Shown here one piece after another: positions 1 to 11,439 of a DNA stretch of 44,835 bases (the stretch's first letter is position 1; each line of letters begins with the position of its first letter). Below the pieces are notes generated by a model that worked only from the letters and a program-made list of their open reading frames with translations, did no database searches and had not been told where the DNA came from. The DNA comes from Octopus bimaculoides (lineage: Eukaryota): contig NC_068985.1 in assembly GCF_001194135.2 (NCBI RefSeq), forward strand, positions 116,089,936-116,134,770, written 5' to 3'. Position numbers and translations under genes: made by a program.

Positions 1-34
<34 letters not shown>
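1..34. repeat. (TA)n microsatellite
   Basis: Pure TA run at the window start. Confidence 0.98.
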
Positions 35-37
<3 letters not shown>

Positions 38-39
38 AT

Positions 40-947
40 ACATTTAAAACTGCGGTACTCTCAAATAACTGGTAGCGTTCACTGTGAGATAAACCTTTTG
101 TAGTTCAGGCTTCCGCCGCTAGAAGCCACTTAATGCGACCCTCTGGCATCGGGCAGCTGACTGGCGACTTCTACTCGAGTCTCACTACGACGTGGTACGT
201 CTTCGTTCTACAATGCTTTTACTCTATTCCTAGATGTTTACGATGGTTGAAATGAAGAAAGACTGTTCTTCCGTAAAATTCTGTTTCCTGCCAAGGAAAA
301 GGCAGCCGAAATAGTTGTCATGTTTCAAACACCTTACAAGGCCCCTGCCATGAGCAAAAACACATGTTTACGAGTAGTTTCCACTCTTTCGGAATGATCT
401 GTTGACGCTTGAAGAATAATCTCGTTCAGGATCGCCATCGACCTCCCGAACGAATGAACGAATAAAGACATCATGAAAATTCATGAACTGATCTTGGAGG
501 ACCATCAACAATCAATTGACGAACTTGTTGATATGACTGATGTGTCCTGAAGCTCCTGCCAACAAATTTTGAGCGAAGATTTGCAGATAAAATGAGTTGT
601 AGCAAAATTTGTTCCTCGCTTGCTCACGGAAGATCAACAGCAGTCACCACCGAATGTGTGTCGTGTACTGATAGAACAGCTTGAGGTTGATCCGGATCTT
701 CTGCCGAAGGTCATCTTTGATGACGAGAGCTAGTGCTACGGAATTTGCAGATGCGTAAGTGGTACAAAAAAAATTATAATAAAAGGGGGCTTTGAAAGGC
801 ATCACTTCGCAAGCTTTCCAGCATTGCTTTCAATAGTGGGAAACGCGCCTAGACCGATGCATTGCTTCAAATGGAGAATACTTTTAAGGCGTAAAAGTGT
901 GAACATGTGAAACTTAGTAAGATGACCCTGCAAAATTCCGGTTTCGT
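40..947 (+). mobile_element. Mariner-like DNA transposon remnant with internally deleted transposase pseudogene (~243-890)
   Basis: Hand translation across stops and frameshifts: SVKFCFL..KAAEIVVMFQTPY..AMSK-THVYE*F (HTH region), VAKFVPRLLTEDQQ (WVPHEL-equivalent) and DPDLLPKVIFDDES*CYG (first catalytic D). This joins directly to the C-terminus ALKGITSQAFQHCFQ*WETRLDRCIASNGEYF*G. TA-rich repeats flank both sides. TIRs are not recognisable, so the ends are approximate. Confidence 0.88.
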
Positions 948-1809
948 ATATATATGTTTGTGTATGTACACACACACAAACACACGCATACACATACGCA
1001 CACACAATATGATAATGTGGATGTTTTCACTTTCGGATATATTCTGCATAATCACAGTGGAAGTGTGCGCAAATAAATAGAGAATTTCGGCTTTTCCCAC
1101 ATCTGTATCTATATATGTAGATAAGCTATTTCATATTTTGAGGCAAGGCAGGCGAGAGGCAAAGTAATGCTCGCCCTATTCGGTTTAGTTTACTTTTTAT
1201 CCGTCTATATTCAAAGGCTTCCAAGTTAAGGCGTTAATGTTCGCTTGAGAATTTACTGATGTTAGTGATAGAAATATAGACGTAATTATACACACCAGAA
1301 AATCCATGCTGTTCAACAAATGTTCTCCCTGAATCAAACAAACTGATCCAGTAACGGAGTGGGTCTTTCCTTATCCGTCCCGAAAGGACGAAATATAATG
1401 TTGCACTCAGTATGACTTTAAAACATTGGTAAGAGACAGAACAATTAACGAGCAGGCATCAGAGTGTGCATTGGTAAGCAAACGTCTTCACCTCATGTTG
1501 ACTGAAAAGCTATTTTATCCAACAAAGAAGGGATGGACACAAAGCGAAATCCTGTTAGTATGGTACCTGAGTTTAGATAGTGAACTTAAGTCGTTACTCT
1601 ACCGAGTCAACTAACCAGTGCCGTTAACAAATCAATGAATAAATAAATAATTGAAGATGACGGATAGTAAAGGTATGGTTCTTGAAGGAGATTGGTGGAA
1701 ATCGGTGGATCAAGATTTGAAATTGAGATCTGATAGCGTACATAAGAAGTATTTCTGCTTGGACTAAGGTTTGATACACTCGTAATGGAAAAATAGTTTC
1801 AAAGAAAGA

Positions 1810-2725
1810 AATCTTGCGTGATAGAGATGATAATGGAGATATTGAAGTCAATGTTGACGATATTGTTGATGTTGTTGTTGTTGTTGTTGTTACTGGTGGT
1901 GGTGGGGGTTGCTCTGGTGTTGGTGATAAAGATAAAAATGATTATGATGATAAATATGATGTTACTTATGATGCTGGTGATGATGATGCTGACGGTGATG
2001 GTGAGGATGGCTGTGATGACGGTGGTTGGTGTATAGCCAATGATGATATTGATGATGATGATAATGATATGATGATGATTATGATGATGATGATGATGAG
2101 AAGGGGAAGGAGGAGGGTTCTGATGGTGATGATATTTGTAGTGATGGAATCGCTGTGGTTCGACGACGACGATGATGATGAGGAGGAGGATGGTAATGAT
2201 GATGAGGATGATGATGAGGAGGTTGATGATGACGACGACGATTGTGATTGCGATGGGGTTAGGATGAAAATAAGGATGATTTGGATGATGTTGATGATGA
2301 TGCTGGTGCTTGTAGTGGCGGTGGTCACCGTGGTTTTAGCGATGCTATTGCTTCTGTTAATGATATGGCGCTGTTTGTAGTGATGCTAGCAATAAGGATG
2401 GTTGTGATGATGGTTGTACAGGTGGTGGTGTTGAGGGTGATAATGGCGACCATGATGATGACGAGGAGGTAGACGAGAGGGTGGTGGTAATGATGATAGT
2501 AATACTGATGTTGATGGTTGTTATGGCTCTGGTGGAAGCAGCTATTGGTAATGATAATGAACGTGATGCTTGCGATAATTCTCGTTATGTATGTTGTGAT
2601 GATAGGAATAATGAAAATATCAATGCTGTTGGTGATGTCGATGATGATGATGATGACGATGATAACTGCCACGACGACCATGATGATGATTACGTTGATG
2701 ATGCAGATGATGACGTCGATGAAAA

Positions 2726-2776
<51 letters not shown>
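1810..2776. repeat. Degenerate (GAT/GAC/GGT/GTT)n trinucleotide low-complexity tract
   Basis: Read directly; ends in pure (GAT)n at the gap. Explains the poly-D/M/V ORFs. Confidence 0.95.
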
Positions 2777-3400
2777 NNNNNNNNNNNNNNNNNNNNNNNN
2801 NNNNNNNNNNNNNNNNNNNNNNNNNNNNNNNNNNNNNNNNNNNNNNNNNNNNNNNNNNNNNNNNNNNNNNNNNNNNNNNNNNNNNNNNNNNNNNNNNNNN
2901 NNNNNNNNNNNNNNNNNNNNNNNNNNNNNNNNNNNNNNNNNNNNNNNNNNNNNNNNNNNNNNNNNNNNNNNNNNNNNNNNNNNNNNNNNNNNNNNNNNNN
3001 NNNNNNNNNNNNNNNNNNNNNNNNNNNNNNNNNNNNNNNNNNNNNNNNNNNNNNNNNNNNNNNNNNNNNNNNNNNNNNNNNNNNNNNNNNNNNNNNNNNN
3101 NNNNNNNNNNNNNNNNNNNNNNNNNNNNNNNNNNNNNNNNNNNNNNNNNNNNNNNNNNNNNNNNNNNNNNNNNNNNNNNNNNNNNNNNNNNNNNNNNNNN
3201 NNNNNNNNNNNNNNNNNNNNNNNNNNNNNNNNNNNNNNNNNNNNNNNNNNNNNNNNNNNNNNNNNNNNNNNNNNNNNNNNNNNNNNNNNNNNNNNNNNNN
3301 NNNNNNNNNNNNNNNNNNNNNNNNNNNNNNNNNNNNNNNNNNNNNNNNNNNNNNNNNNNNNNNNNNNNNNNNNNNNNNNNNNNNNNNNNNNNNNNNNNNN
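2777..3400. other. Assembly gap (first of 13 N-runs)
   Basis: Other gaps: 6041-6231, 6975-7421, 9162-9547, 10732-11080, 14960-15208, 16244-16351, 17149-17634, 19500-20201, 23541-24113, 26071-26377, 27139-28055, 32972-32981. Confidence 0.97.
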
Positions 3401-3488
3401 TCATCATCATCATCATCATCATAACCATCATCTTCATCATCATCATCATCATAACCATCATCATCATCATCATCATCATCATCATAAC

Positions 3489-3536
<48 letters not shown>

Positions 3537-3560
3537 TATCATCATCATCATCATCATAAC

Positions 3561-3593
<33 letters not shown>

Positions 3594-3910
3594 TATCATC
3601 ATCTCCACTACCAGCACCCCTTCCAAAACTATAATCATCATCGTCATCATCATCACCATCATCATCATAAACATCATCACTGTCGTCGTCGTTGTTGTTG
3701 TCATCGTCGGTGTAGTCGTCTTTGTCGTCGTCATCATCACCGTAATGCAGCAGCAAAAACAACGATGACCACATTATTATTACAAACGCCATTATGTTGT
3801 CCTAAATATCCTGACTATCACCACTGCCTCCATCATCTTCATTCACATTAACATCATTGCTACCATCGTCACCATCATCATCCTCAATATCATCAAAATT
3901 AGCGCCAACA
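3401..3910. repeat. Degenerate (ATC/CAT)n trinucleotide tract
   Basis: Read directly; reverse-complement composition of 1810-2776. Confidence 0.95.
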
Positions 3911-4024
3911 ACATCGCCATGAATAATGCTGAATAAACGGTACTCATTCTTTACCGCCCCCGTGTGTAGTTAAGTCAGTCTTTAGGCTAATATACTGATA
4001 TTACCCCACATTACTCTTATAGTA

Positions 4025-4230
4025 ACTGGTTTCAAATGCTGACACAAGGTCAGCATTTTTAGTGAAAGTATAATTGGAGTACATCGACCTCAGTACTTAA
4101 CTGGTACTTATTTTATCGTCCCTGAATTGATGAAAGGCAAAGTCGGTGGGGCGGAATTTGAACTATGAACGTGAAGGTTGACAAAATACTGCTAGAATTT
4201 CGCCCTGCGTGCTAACGATTCTGCCATCTT
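4025..4230 (-). mobile_element. tRNA-derived SINE, family A (degraded)
   Basis: Contains actggtacttattttatcg..gatgaaaggcaaagtcg..ggaatttgaact..gtgctaacgattctgcca, matching the other family A copies in the window. Confidence 0.8.
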
Positions 4231-4274
4231 ACAGTTATAAACATTCAGAATTATTTGATAGATATTCGCCTACC

Positions 4275-4470
4275 AATTGTGTAGTCTTTATTTCAAACCC
4301 ACCGTGTGGCACCTTGCACAAGTGTATTATACTACAGTCCCGTGTGTTTCAAATTCTTGTGAGTAGGTTTGGTTGGTGCAAATTGAAAAATGCTCTTCGT
4401 GTATATATATATAGATCTGCTTGTGTGTTGGCCTTTGTTTTGTTTGTGAGCGCCATCACTGCTTAACAAT
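4275..4470 (+). mobile_element. SINE family C fragment (degraded head/core)
   Basis: ttcaaacccaccgtgtggcaccttgcacaagtgt..cttgtgagtaggtttggt resembles the reverse complement of the copies at 34635-35008 and 42078-42540. Confidence 0.6.
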
Positions 4471-4699
4471 CATTTTTTGATGTATTACGTCTCAATATCT
4501 TAACAGTGTGACAAAAGAAAGTGGTCAAATTTAATAACGGGCTTCAAAAACAACAACTAGCTAGATTTGTTTGATTTAACACTTCAAGTTGGCAGTCCAA
4601 CGAGTGAAACTAGAAAAAATATAGAGTATGAAGTTAAGTAAGATGTCCGTCTGATTCATTTCCTGCACGAAGCATGCTTCACAGAATGTAGTAAAAATG

Positions 4700-4982
4700 G
4701 TTTGCCAACATAACATGGCAGTCTTGGTTTAGGACTAACGTTGCTGTAATTTAGTCCCAGGAGACATCACCTCCAGCTGGCTATATGACACGATCTCTGT
4801 CCATATATTTTCAAACAAGAGAATCTAGCATTCCTCCTCAGCTCAAAATAATATATGTTTATCGCAATTTCTGGGTTATTTCGCTTAACCAGCACAAAAT
4901 AATTGCTCTTTTTTTCTTTTTGTGGCGCTAAATTACAGCAACATTAGTCATAAACCAGGACTGCCATGTAATGTTGGCAAAC
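4700..4982. mobile_element. MITE-like element with ~55-bp terminal inverted repeats
   Basis: 4700-4754 (gtttgccaacataacatggcagtcttggtttaggactaacgttgctgtaatttag) is the reverse complement of 4928-4982 with 4 mismatches. The interior is non-coding. No clear TSD. Confidence 0.78.
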
Positions 4983-5164
4983 AATATTCAATACAATGTA
5001 CTGTTGTTAAATATCTCACATTCTGAGATTTCAAAATGACAATTTTCATGCTTCACACAAGCCTACACAAAATACTGAATTCAGCTGCTGAGCAAAAGTA
5101 ATGTACCAAAGCATTTGCTTGTTGTAATGCAGAAAACAATCCCACGTAAACAAATAATCTTTTC

Positions 5165-5621
5165 TACTCTAGGCACAACACACGAAATTTTGGGGGAGGG
5201 GTCTAGTCGATTAGATCGAACCAAGTACGCAACTGGTACTTACTTTATTGACCTCGAAAGGATGAAAGGGAAAGTCGACCTCGGTGGAATTTGAACTCAG
5301 AACGTAAAGACAGACGAAATACCGCTAAGCATTTCCCCGGAGTGCTAACAGTTCTTATTTATATTATTGCCCACAAGGGGTTAAACATAGAGGGGGACAA
5401 ACAAGGACAGACAAAGGGATTAAGTCGATTACATCGACTCCAGTGCGTAACTGGTACTTAATTTATCGACCCCGAAAGGATGAATGGTAAAACTAACTTC
5501 GGTGGAATTTGAACTAAGAATATAACGGCAGACAAAATACCGGTAAGCATTTTACTCGGCGTGCTAACGTTTCTGTCAGCTGGCCGCCTTGGAATGCTAA
5601 CGTTTCTGCCAGCTCACCGCC
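5165..5621 (-). mobile_element. SINE family A copy interrupted by a nested SINE (host parts 5165-5349 and 5591-5621)
   Basis: Body and core at 5165-5349. The remaining head (gtttctgccagctcaccgcc) resumes after the insert. Confidence 0.8.
5350..5590 (-). mobile_element. Full-length family A SINE nested in another, with 11-bp TSD
   Basis: Minus strand reads head aaggcggccagctgacagaaacgttagc, B-box-like agttcaaattcc, core catcctttcggggtcgataaattaagtaccagt. Flanked by GGAGTGCTAAC (5339-5349) and GGAATGCTAAC (5591-5601). Confidence 0.85.
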
Positions 5622-5989
5622 GTCTACGGAAACAAAAAGCGTAACATGCCTACCTGAAAATTTACAATGGTTTCAGAGAAACGCTATTCAAATATCAGAA
5701 TACATAACCACAGCATCAACGTGAAGTAAAATATCACGAAGGTTGCCAAATTCATATACTGGTTGAAAGAGAAATACGCAACTTACAGCATCAGTTCAGA
5801 TTACTAGAAAACTAAAAAAAAACAGATCAGTGGATGCGAACACGGTATAGCAGCAGGGGAGATTGTTGAAATTCGCTCACACCTAAACTATACACGAATG
5901 TAAGATTGGAGACATTTCGTCCTGGCTTACTCTATAAAAATCACTTTCTATGATACCAGGGTATATCATTGCAAAATATGGACATATGG

Positions 5990-6040
<51 letters not shown>

Positions 6041-6231
6041 NNNNNNNNNNNNNNNNNNNNNNNNNNNNNNNNNNNNNNNNNNNNNNNNNNNNNNNNNNNN
6101 NNNNNNNNNNNNNNNNNNNNNNNNNNNNNNNNNNNNNNNNNNNNNNNNNNNNNNNNNNNNNNNNNNNNNNNNNNNNNNNNNNNNNNNNNNNNNNNNNNNN
6201 NNNNNNNNNNNNNNNNNNNNNNNNNNNNNNN

Positions 6232-6287
<56 letters not shown>

Positions 6288-6471
6288 AATTGTTAAATAG
6301 ATAGATAGATAGAGAGTGAGGTGAGTTTAAATTAGAGGTTATAACAACCGTCTAAGGGATACGTATGTCCAATTAATTACTGGTGTCTTACCTATATGTG
6401 ATAATGAGTATTACTATTAATGCTCATTAATGGTTGGTAAGAAAAAGAATAAACCGAAATTTATATTCAAG

Positions 6472-6942
6472 GAGGAAATGAAAATGGAGATAAAATTGAT
6501 AATTAATAAAATTCAATTATCATTTATTACTTATAAAAAAGACAATATCTCATCCGACAGCTGTTTCTGTTGGCGATATTTATTGTATTATCAGGCATAA
6601 TTATTACAATAATAATAATGATTATATAATAATATTTCAACCGACGTTGTTTCCAGAGGTGTAGCATGTAACATCAATTGGTATATCCTTACTTTCTCTT
6701 TTTCTCTGTCTTTTTCTTTTCTTTGTCTTTACTTTTCCGCTCTGATGAAGTTCCACTATTTAAGATGGTATAATTAATTATTTACAATGATAATTATTAT
6801 TATATTGTAATAAATAAGCCTGATAATACCATAAATATCGCCAACAGAAACAGCAATCAGATGAGATATTGTCCTTTTTATAATCAATAAATGATACTTG
6901 ATGTTTATTAATCATCAGTTTTATCTCCATTTTCATATTTTC

Positions 6943-6945
<3 letters not shown>
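6472..6945. repeat. Long inverted repeat (foldback), arms ~6472-6625 and ~6790-6945; Penelope-like terminal-repeat derivative or MITE
   Basis: Hand alignment gives about 10 mismatches over a 99-nt core (6513-6611 vs reverse complement of the right arm). Similarity continues out to gagg/cctc at the ends. Confidence 0.85.
6739..6861 (+). ncRNA. Decayed type I hammerhead ribozyme-like motif
   Basis: CTGATGA (6742-6748), then A-GTT...AAC-A, GAAAC (6847-6851), AGCAATC-AG. The inverted left arm preserves GAAACAGCTGTC on the minus strand (6556-6567), giving a palindromic stem III and a GUC site. Confidence 0.45.
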
Positions 6946-6974
<29 letters not shown>

Positions 6975-7978
6975 NNNNNNNNNNNNNNNNNNNNNNNNNN
7001 NNNNNNNNNNNNNNNNNNNNNNNNNNNNNNNNNNNNNNNNNNNNNNNNNNNNNNNNNNNNNNNNNNNNNNNNNNNNNNNNNNNNNNNNNNNNNNNNNNNN
7101 NNNNNNNNNNNNNNNNNNNNNNNNNNNNNNNNNNNNNNNNNNNNNNNNNNNNNNNNNNNNNNNNNNNNNNNNNNNNNNNNNNNNNNNNNNNNNNNNNNNN
7201 NNNNNNNNNNNNNNNNNNNNNNNNNNNNNNNNNNNNNNNNNNNNNNNNNNNNNNNNNNNNNNNNNNNNNNNNNNNNNNNNNNNNNNNNNNNNNNNNNNNN
7301 NNNNNNNNNNNNNNNNNNNNNNNNNNNNNNNNNNNNNNNNNNNNNNNNNNNNNNNNNNNNNNNNNNNNNNNNNNNNNNNNNNNNNNNNNNNNNNNNNNNN
7401 NNNNNNNNNNNNNNNNNNNNNGTGTGTGTGTATGTGTGTGTGTGTTTGTGTGTGTTTGTGTGTGTGTATGTGTGTTTTTGTGTGTGTGTGTGTGTGTGTG
7501 TATGTGTGTGTGTGCGTGTATCTGTGTTTATGCATATATATGTCTATGTGTATTTACGTGTGATGTATTTCCGTTAGTCCGCTACCACAGCTTGATAACC
7601 AGTGTTGGTTTTTTCACATGCATGTAACTTAGCAGTTTGCAAAAGGAATGATAGAATAATTTCTGAATTTGGAAAAAAATAAGCAATTGATTTTATTCGT
7701 TCGCTTAATACTCTTGAAGACGCTGCCACAACATTGCCGCAGTCCAAAAGATAAGATAGTTTTGTGTATGAAGGCCTGTATGTTTTGTACAGTGTCTTGC
7801 ACATAGACACAGCTGGCAACACGTAGCACGGTGAAAACATGTACTCTCGTAGCTAGGGTGCTTAGCTCCCTGCAACAAGGTTGTAGCTTTCAATCCTGGG
7901 CATGGTACGCGGTGTCCATGAGCGAAGCACTTCATTTTGCGTTTCTCCAGTTTACTTAACTCTATATGAAAACTAGTA

Positions 7979-8197
7979 GTGGAGTTGCATGGCTTAGTGG
8001 ACAGGGTATTGGACTCATGATCGTAAGATTGTGGTTTCGCTTCCTGAACCCAGCAACTCGTTGTGTTCTTGAGCAAAACATTTTATTCCACGTTGCTGCA
8101 GTCCACTCAGCTGACAAAAAGGAGTAACCCTGTGATGCAACGGTATTCCGTCTAAACAAGGAATATATACGTCATGGAAACCGGGAAACCGGCCCTT
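7979..8197 (+). mobile_element. tRNA-derived SINE, family B
   Basis: A-box-like TGGCTTAGTGG and B-box-like GGTTTCGCTTCC, then gtgttcttgagcaaaaca..gtccactcagctg. A related copy lies at 20915-21140. Confidence 0.75.
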
Positions 8198-8324
8198 GTT
8201 GGTCGGTATGACTCGAGGGGTTACCTTTACTTTGAGTACTATATCCGTTGCTGGTATGGCTTTGACTCACTCCAAGTGTTCTATCGTGGATGAACCAGTT
8301 TGTCAATATGGAATATTCCAAACT

Positions 8325-8485
8325 TGGCAAGCTGGCAGACTTAATAGCATGCCAGGCAAAATGCTAAGTGGCATTTCGTACATTTTTGTGCTGTAAATTC
8401 AAATTCCGCTGAGGTCGACTTCATCATTCAGTGTCGATAAAATAAATACCAGTCAAGAACTGGGGTCAATGTTATCGACTCCCGA
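8325..8485 (+). mobile_element. SINE family A (degraded)
   Basis: gcaagctggcagac..aaattcaaattccgctgaggtcgact..gtcgataaaataaataccagt..ctggggtcaatgttatcgact. Confidence 0.75.
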
Positions 8486-8879
8486 ATCACGATAATTGCA
8501 GGCATTGTACCAAATTTATATTGAAGACTCCAGAATAATATACCTCTACATAAACTAGATGACGAAAGCAACTAAAATAGCTACAACAACAACAGCAGCA
8601 ACGAAAAAATGATCCTTTACCAATATATATACATCCTTACCAGTAAAAATTGTCTATATTTCACCCTACAACGTCATTAGCTCATACAATATACCACGCT
8701 TTTAACAGGAAAAAGCTATATAGACAAAATTGTGTTCAGTCTTTTGGGAATAACTTGGGAATTTAGGATAATGTAAGTTTCGAGAAAAGCGCATTTACAC
8801 AAAGCTAGACACTCCAATGTTAGGAACAATGTGCCAAAAAGTCAGTCACAAGAAAAGGTCAACGGCACAACAATGGAAG

Positions 8880-9117
8880 TGTGTGTGTGTGTGTGTATGT
8901 GTGTGTGTGAGTGTGAATTTAAGCATGCAATGCAGTGTTGAGTACTTATTCTCACTATTCGATATTAGCGTATATGCATTTGTTTGCATATGCACACACA
9001 CACACGCACATACACACACGCACATACACACACGCACATAAACACACGCATATATATCTACAGTTATTGTATATATGTTTACACGTACATATATATACAT
9101 ACATACACACACACACA

Positions 9118-9161
<44 letters not shown>

Positions 9162-9910
9162 NNNNNNNNNNNNNNNNNNNNNNNNNNNNNNNNNNNNNNN
9201 NNNNNNNNNNNNNNNNNNNNNNNNNNNNNNNNNNNNNNNNNNNNNNNNNNNNNNNNNNNNNNNNNNNNNNNNNNNNNNNNNNNNNNNNNNNNNNNNNNNN
9301 NNNNNNNNNNNNNNNNNNNNNNNNNNNNNNNNNNNNNNNNNNNNNNNNNNNNNNNNNNNNNNNNNNNNNNNNNNNNNNNNNNNNNNNNNNNNNNNNNNNN
9401 NNNNNNNNNNNNNNNNNNNNNNNNNNNNNNNNNNNNNNNNNNNNNNNNNNNNNNNNNNNNNNNNNNNNNNNNNNNNNNNNNNNNNNNNNNNNNNNNNNNN
9501 NNNNNNNNNNNNNNNNNNNNNNNNNNNNNNNNNNNNNNNNNNNNNNNATATATGTATATATGTGCATATCTTTACATATACACAAACATACACACGCATC
9601 CGTATTATATATACATAAACTCAAATAAAACACACACACACTCACACACTCACACAGTTACAAACACTCACATACACATACGAACACACACACATACACT
9701 TACGAACACACACACATACACACACACATACACACAAATATATGTAAAACGGGAGAATCAAAAAGAGAGGTAAAATGAAATCGAGACAGGCGGAGAGTAC
9801 TCTTGTCTCTGTGTTAGTATGTGCTTATGGGTGCCTTCTTTGTATGTATATGTCTATATGCGTGTGTGTGTGTGTGTGGGTGTGTGTGTGTGTGCGTGTA
9901 CGTGTGTGTG
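8880..9910. repeat. (CA/TG)n and (TA)n microsatellite cluster spanning a gap
   Basis: Read directly. Similar clusters at 14350-15280, 16060-16465, 26980-28140, 32300-32440 and 35530-36380. Confidence 0.9.
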
Positions 9911-10696
9911 TGAGTGAGTGGTCTATGTTTATAGATAGGCATAATCGAAGCCATAAATGTATTGATATGCATATGTCAGCAGAAGCAATCTTTGCCTTGC
10001 ACGCAATCACATAATCCTACCCTCCCAGCCCGTCTCACTCCTACATAGAGGAGCATACAAATATTTACACAGACGCTTATATATAGTCAATCATTTCAAA
10101 ATGAGGAGTAAATGGATATCCACCAGTTTCGACGATGATTATTTCAGTTTTTCCTTCAACTGAATTAATCGTTTCTTTATGCGTGGAGATGATACTAACG
10201 AGGATATTTTACACTCATATATGCATGCTTGTACACAAACACACACAAACACGCACACTCACACATTGATACAGGCATACACATAGATACTGTATCTATC
10301 TGGTATCGTTTATCTTTTACTTGTTTTAGACATCAGACTGCGGCCAAGCTGGTGCACCACCTTGAAGTATAAGTCGAACAAATCGATCCAAATATTTCTT
10401 TTTTGTAATTTTTCTTTTAAACATTTGTTCAAGTCTAGTACATACGTACACGATATTTTTGGCTGAATTGTAAATTTTCGGAGACATAAAAAGCCCTGTA
10501 GCAGTAGTCAAACACACACACATACATATAAATACACACAAACACACACACGCATAAAATATATCACGGTTTTATGGTGACGATCAGACAATAAGATGTT
10601 ATTATACGCTTCTGTCCACAATGCTTTTCACATTGTTCTGGTATTTAACACTCGTCGTCACCCACTGGCTATGAAGACAAGGCAATATATAAATAC

Positions 10697-10731
<35 letters not shown>

Positions 10732-11439
10732 NNNNNNNNNNNNNNNNNNNNNNNNNNNNNNNNNNNNNNNNNNNNNNNNNNNNNNNNNNNNNNNNNNNNN
10801 NNNNNNNNNNNNNNNNNNNNNNNNNNNNNNNNNNNNNNNNNNNNNNNNNNNNNNNNNNNNNNNNNNNNNNNNNNNNNNNNNNNNNNNNNNNNNNNNNNNN
10901 NNNNNNNNNNNNNNNNNNNNNNNNNNNNNNNNNNNNNNNNNNNNNNNNNNNNNNNNNNNNNNNNNNNNNNNNNNNNNNNNNNNNNNNNNNNNNNNNNNNN
11001 NNNNNNNNNNNNNNNNNNNNNNNNNNNNNNNNNNNNNNNNNNNNNNNNNNNNNNNNNNNNNNNNNNNNNNNNNNNNNNNNATATATATATACTTCTACTA
11101 TAGAATAAAATTTTGTTTCCCAAAAATTCCATCAAAGTGGCCAGCATATTAAAATACCTTTAGAGGGGAAAATTATAATCAATTATAAAGACGGGCAAGA
11201 GAATAAAGATTTTTATGCCAATATGCTAAGAATACACTTTAAATCGTCAAATACCACATACAATATACATTCCCTATGAATACATGTCGTGCTGAAATCA
11301 AGGAAGGCAAGCTAACAGAATTTATTTAAAAATTCGTTATCTCTGTACTGAATTAATTTCGGGATTAATCCAACATATTTTTCCCTCTTCAGTAGAGAAT
11401 ACAATAAGAAAGAAATTAATTACTTACAAGCGCCCGTGG

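Noticed and set aside
1371-1395. Hairpin CGTCC-CGAAA-GGACG followed by GAAA, resembling hammerhead stem II
   Set aside because: No CTGANGA upstream (cttatcc) and no valid NUH site. It matches the family A SINE core ttatcgaccccgaaaggatgaaa.
1814-3792. Long ORFs (188-471 aa) rich in D, M, I, V or S
   Set aside because: Translations of trinucleotide low-complexity DNA and N-runs; open in several frames on both strands.
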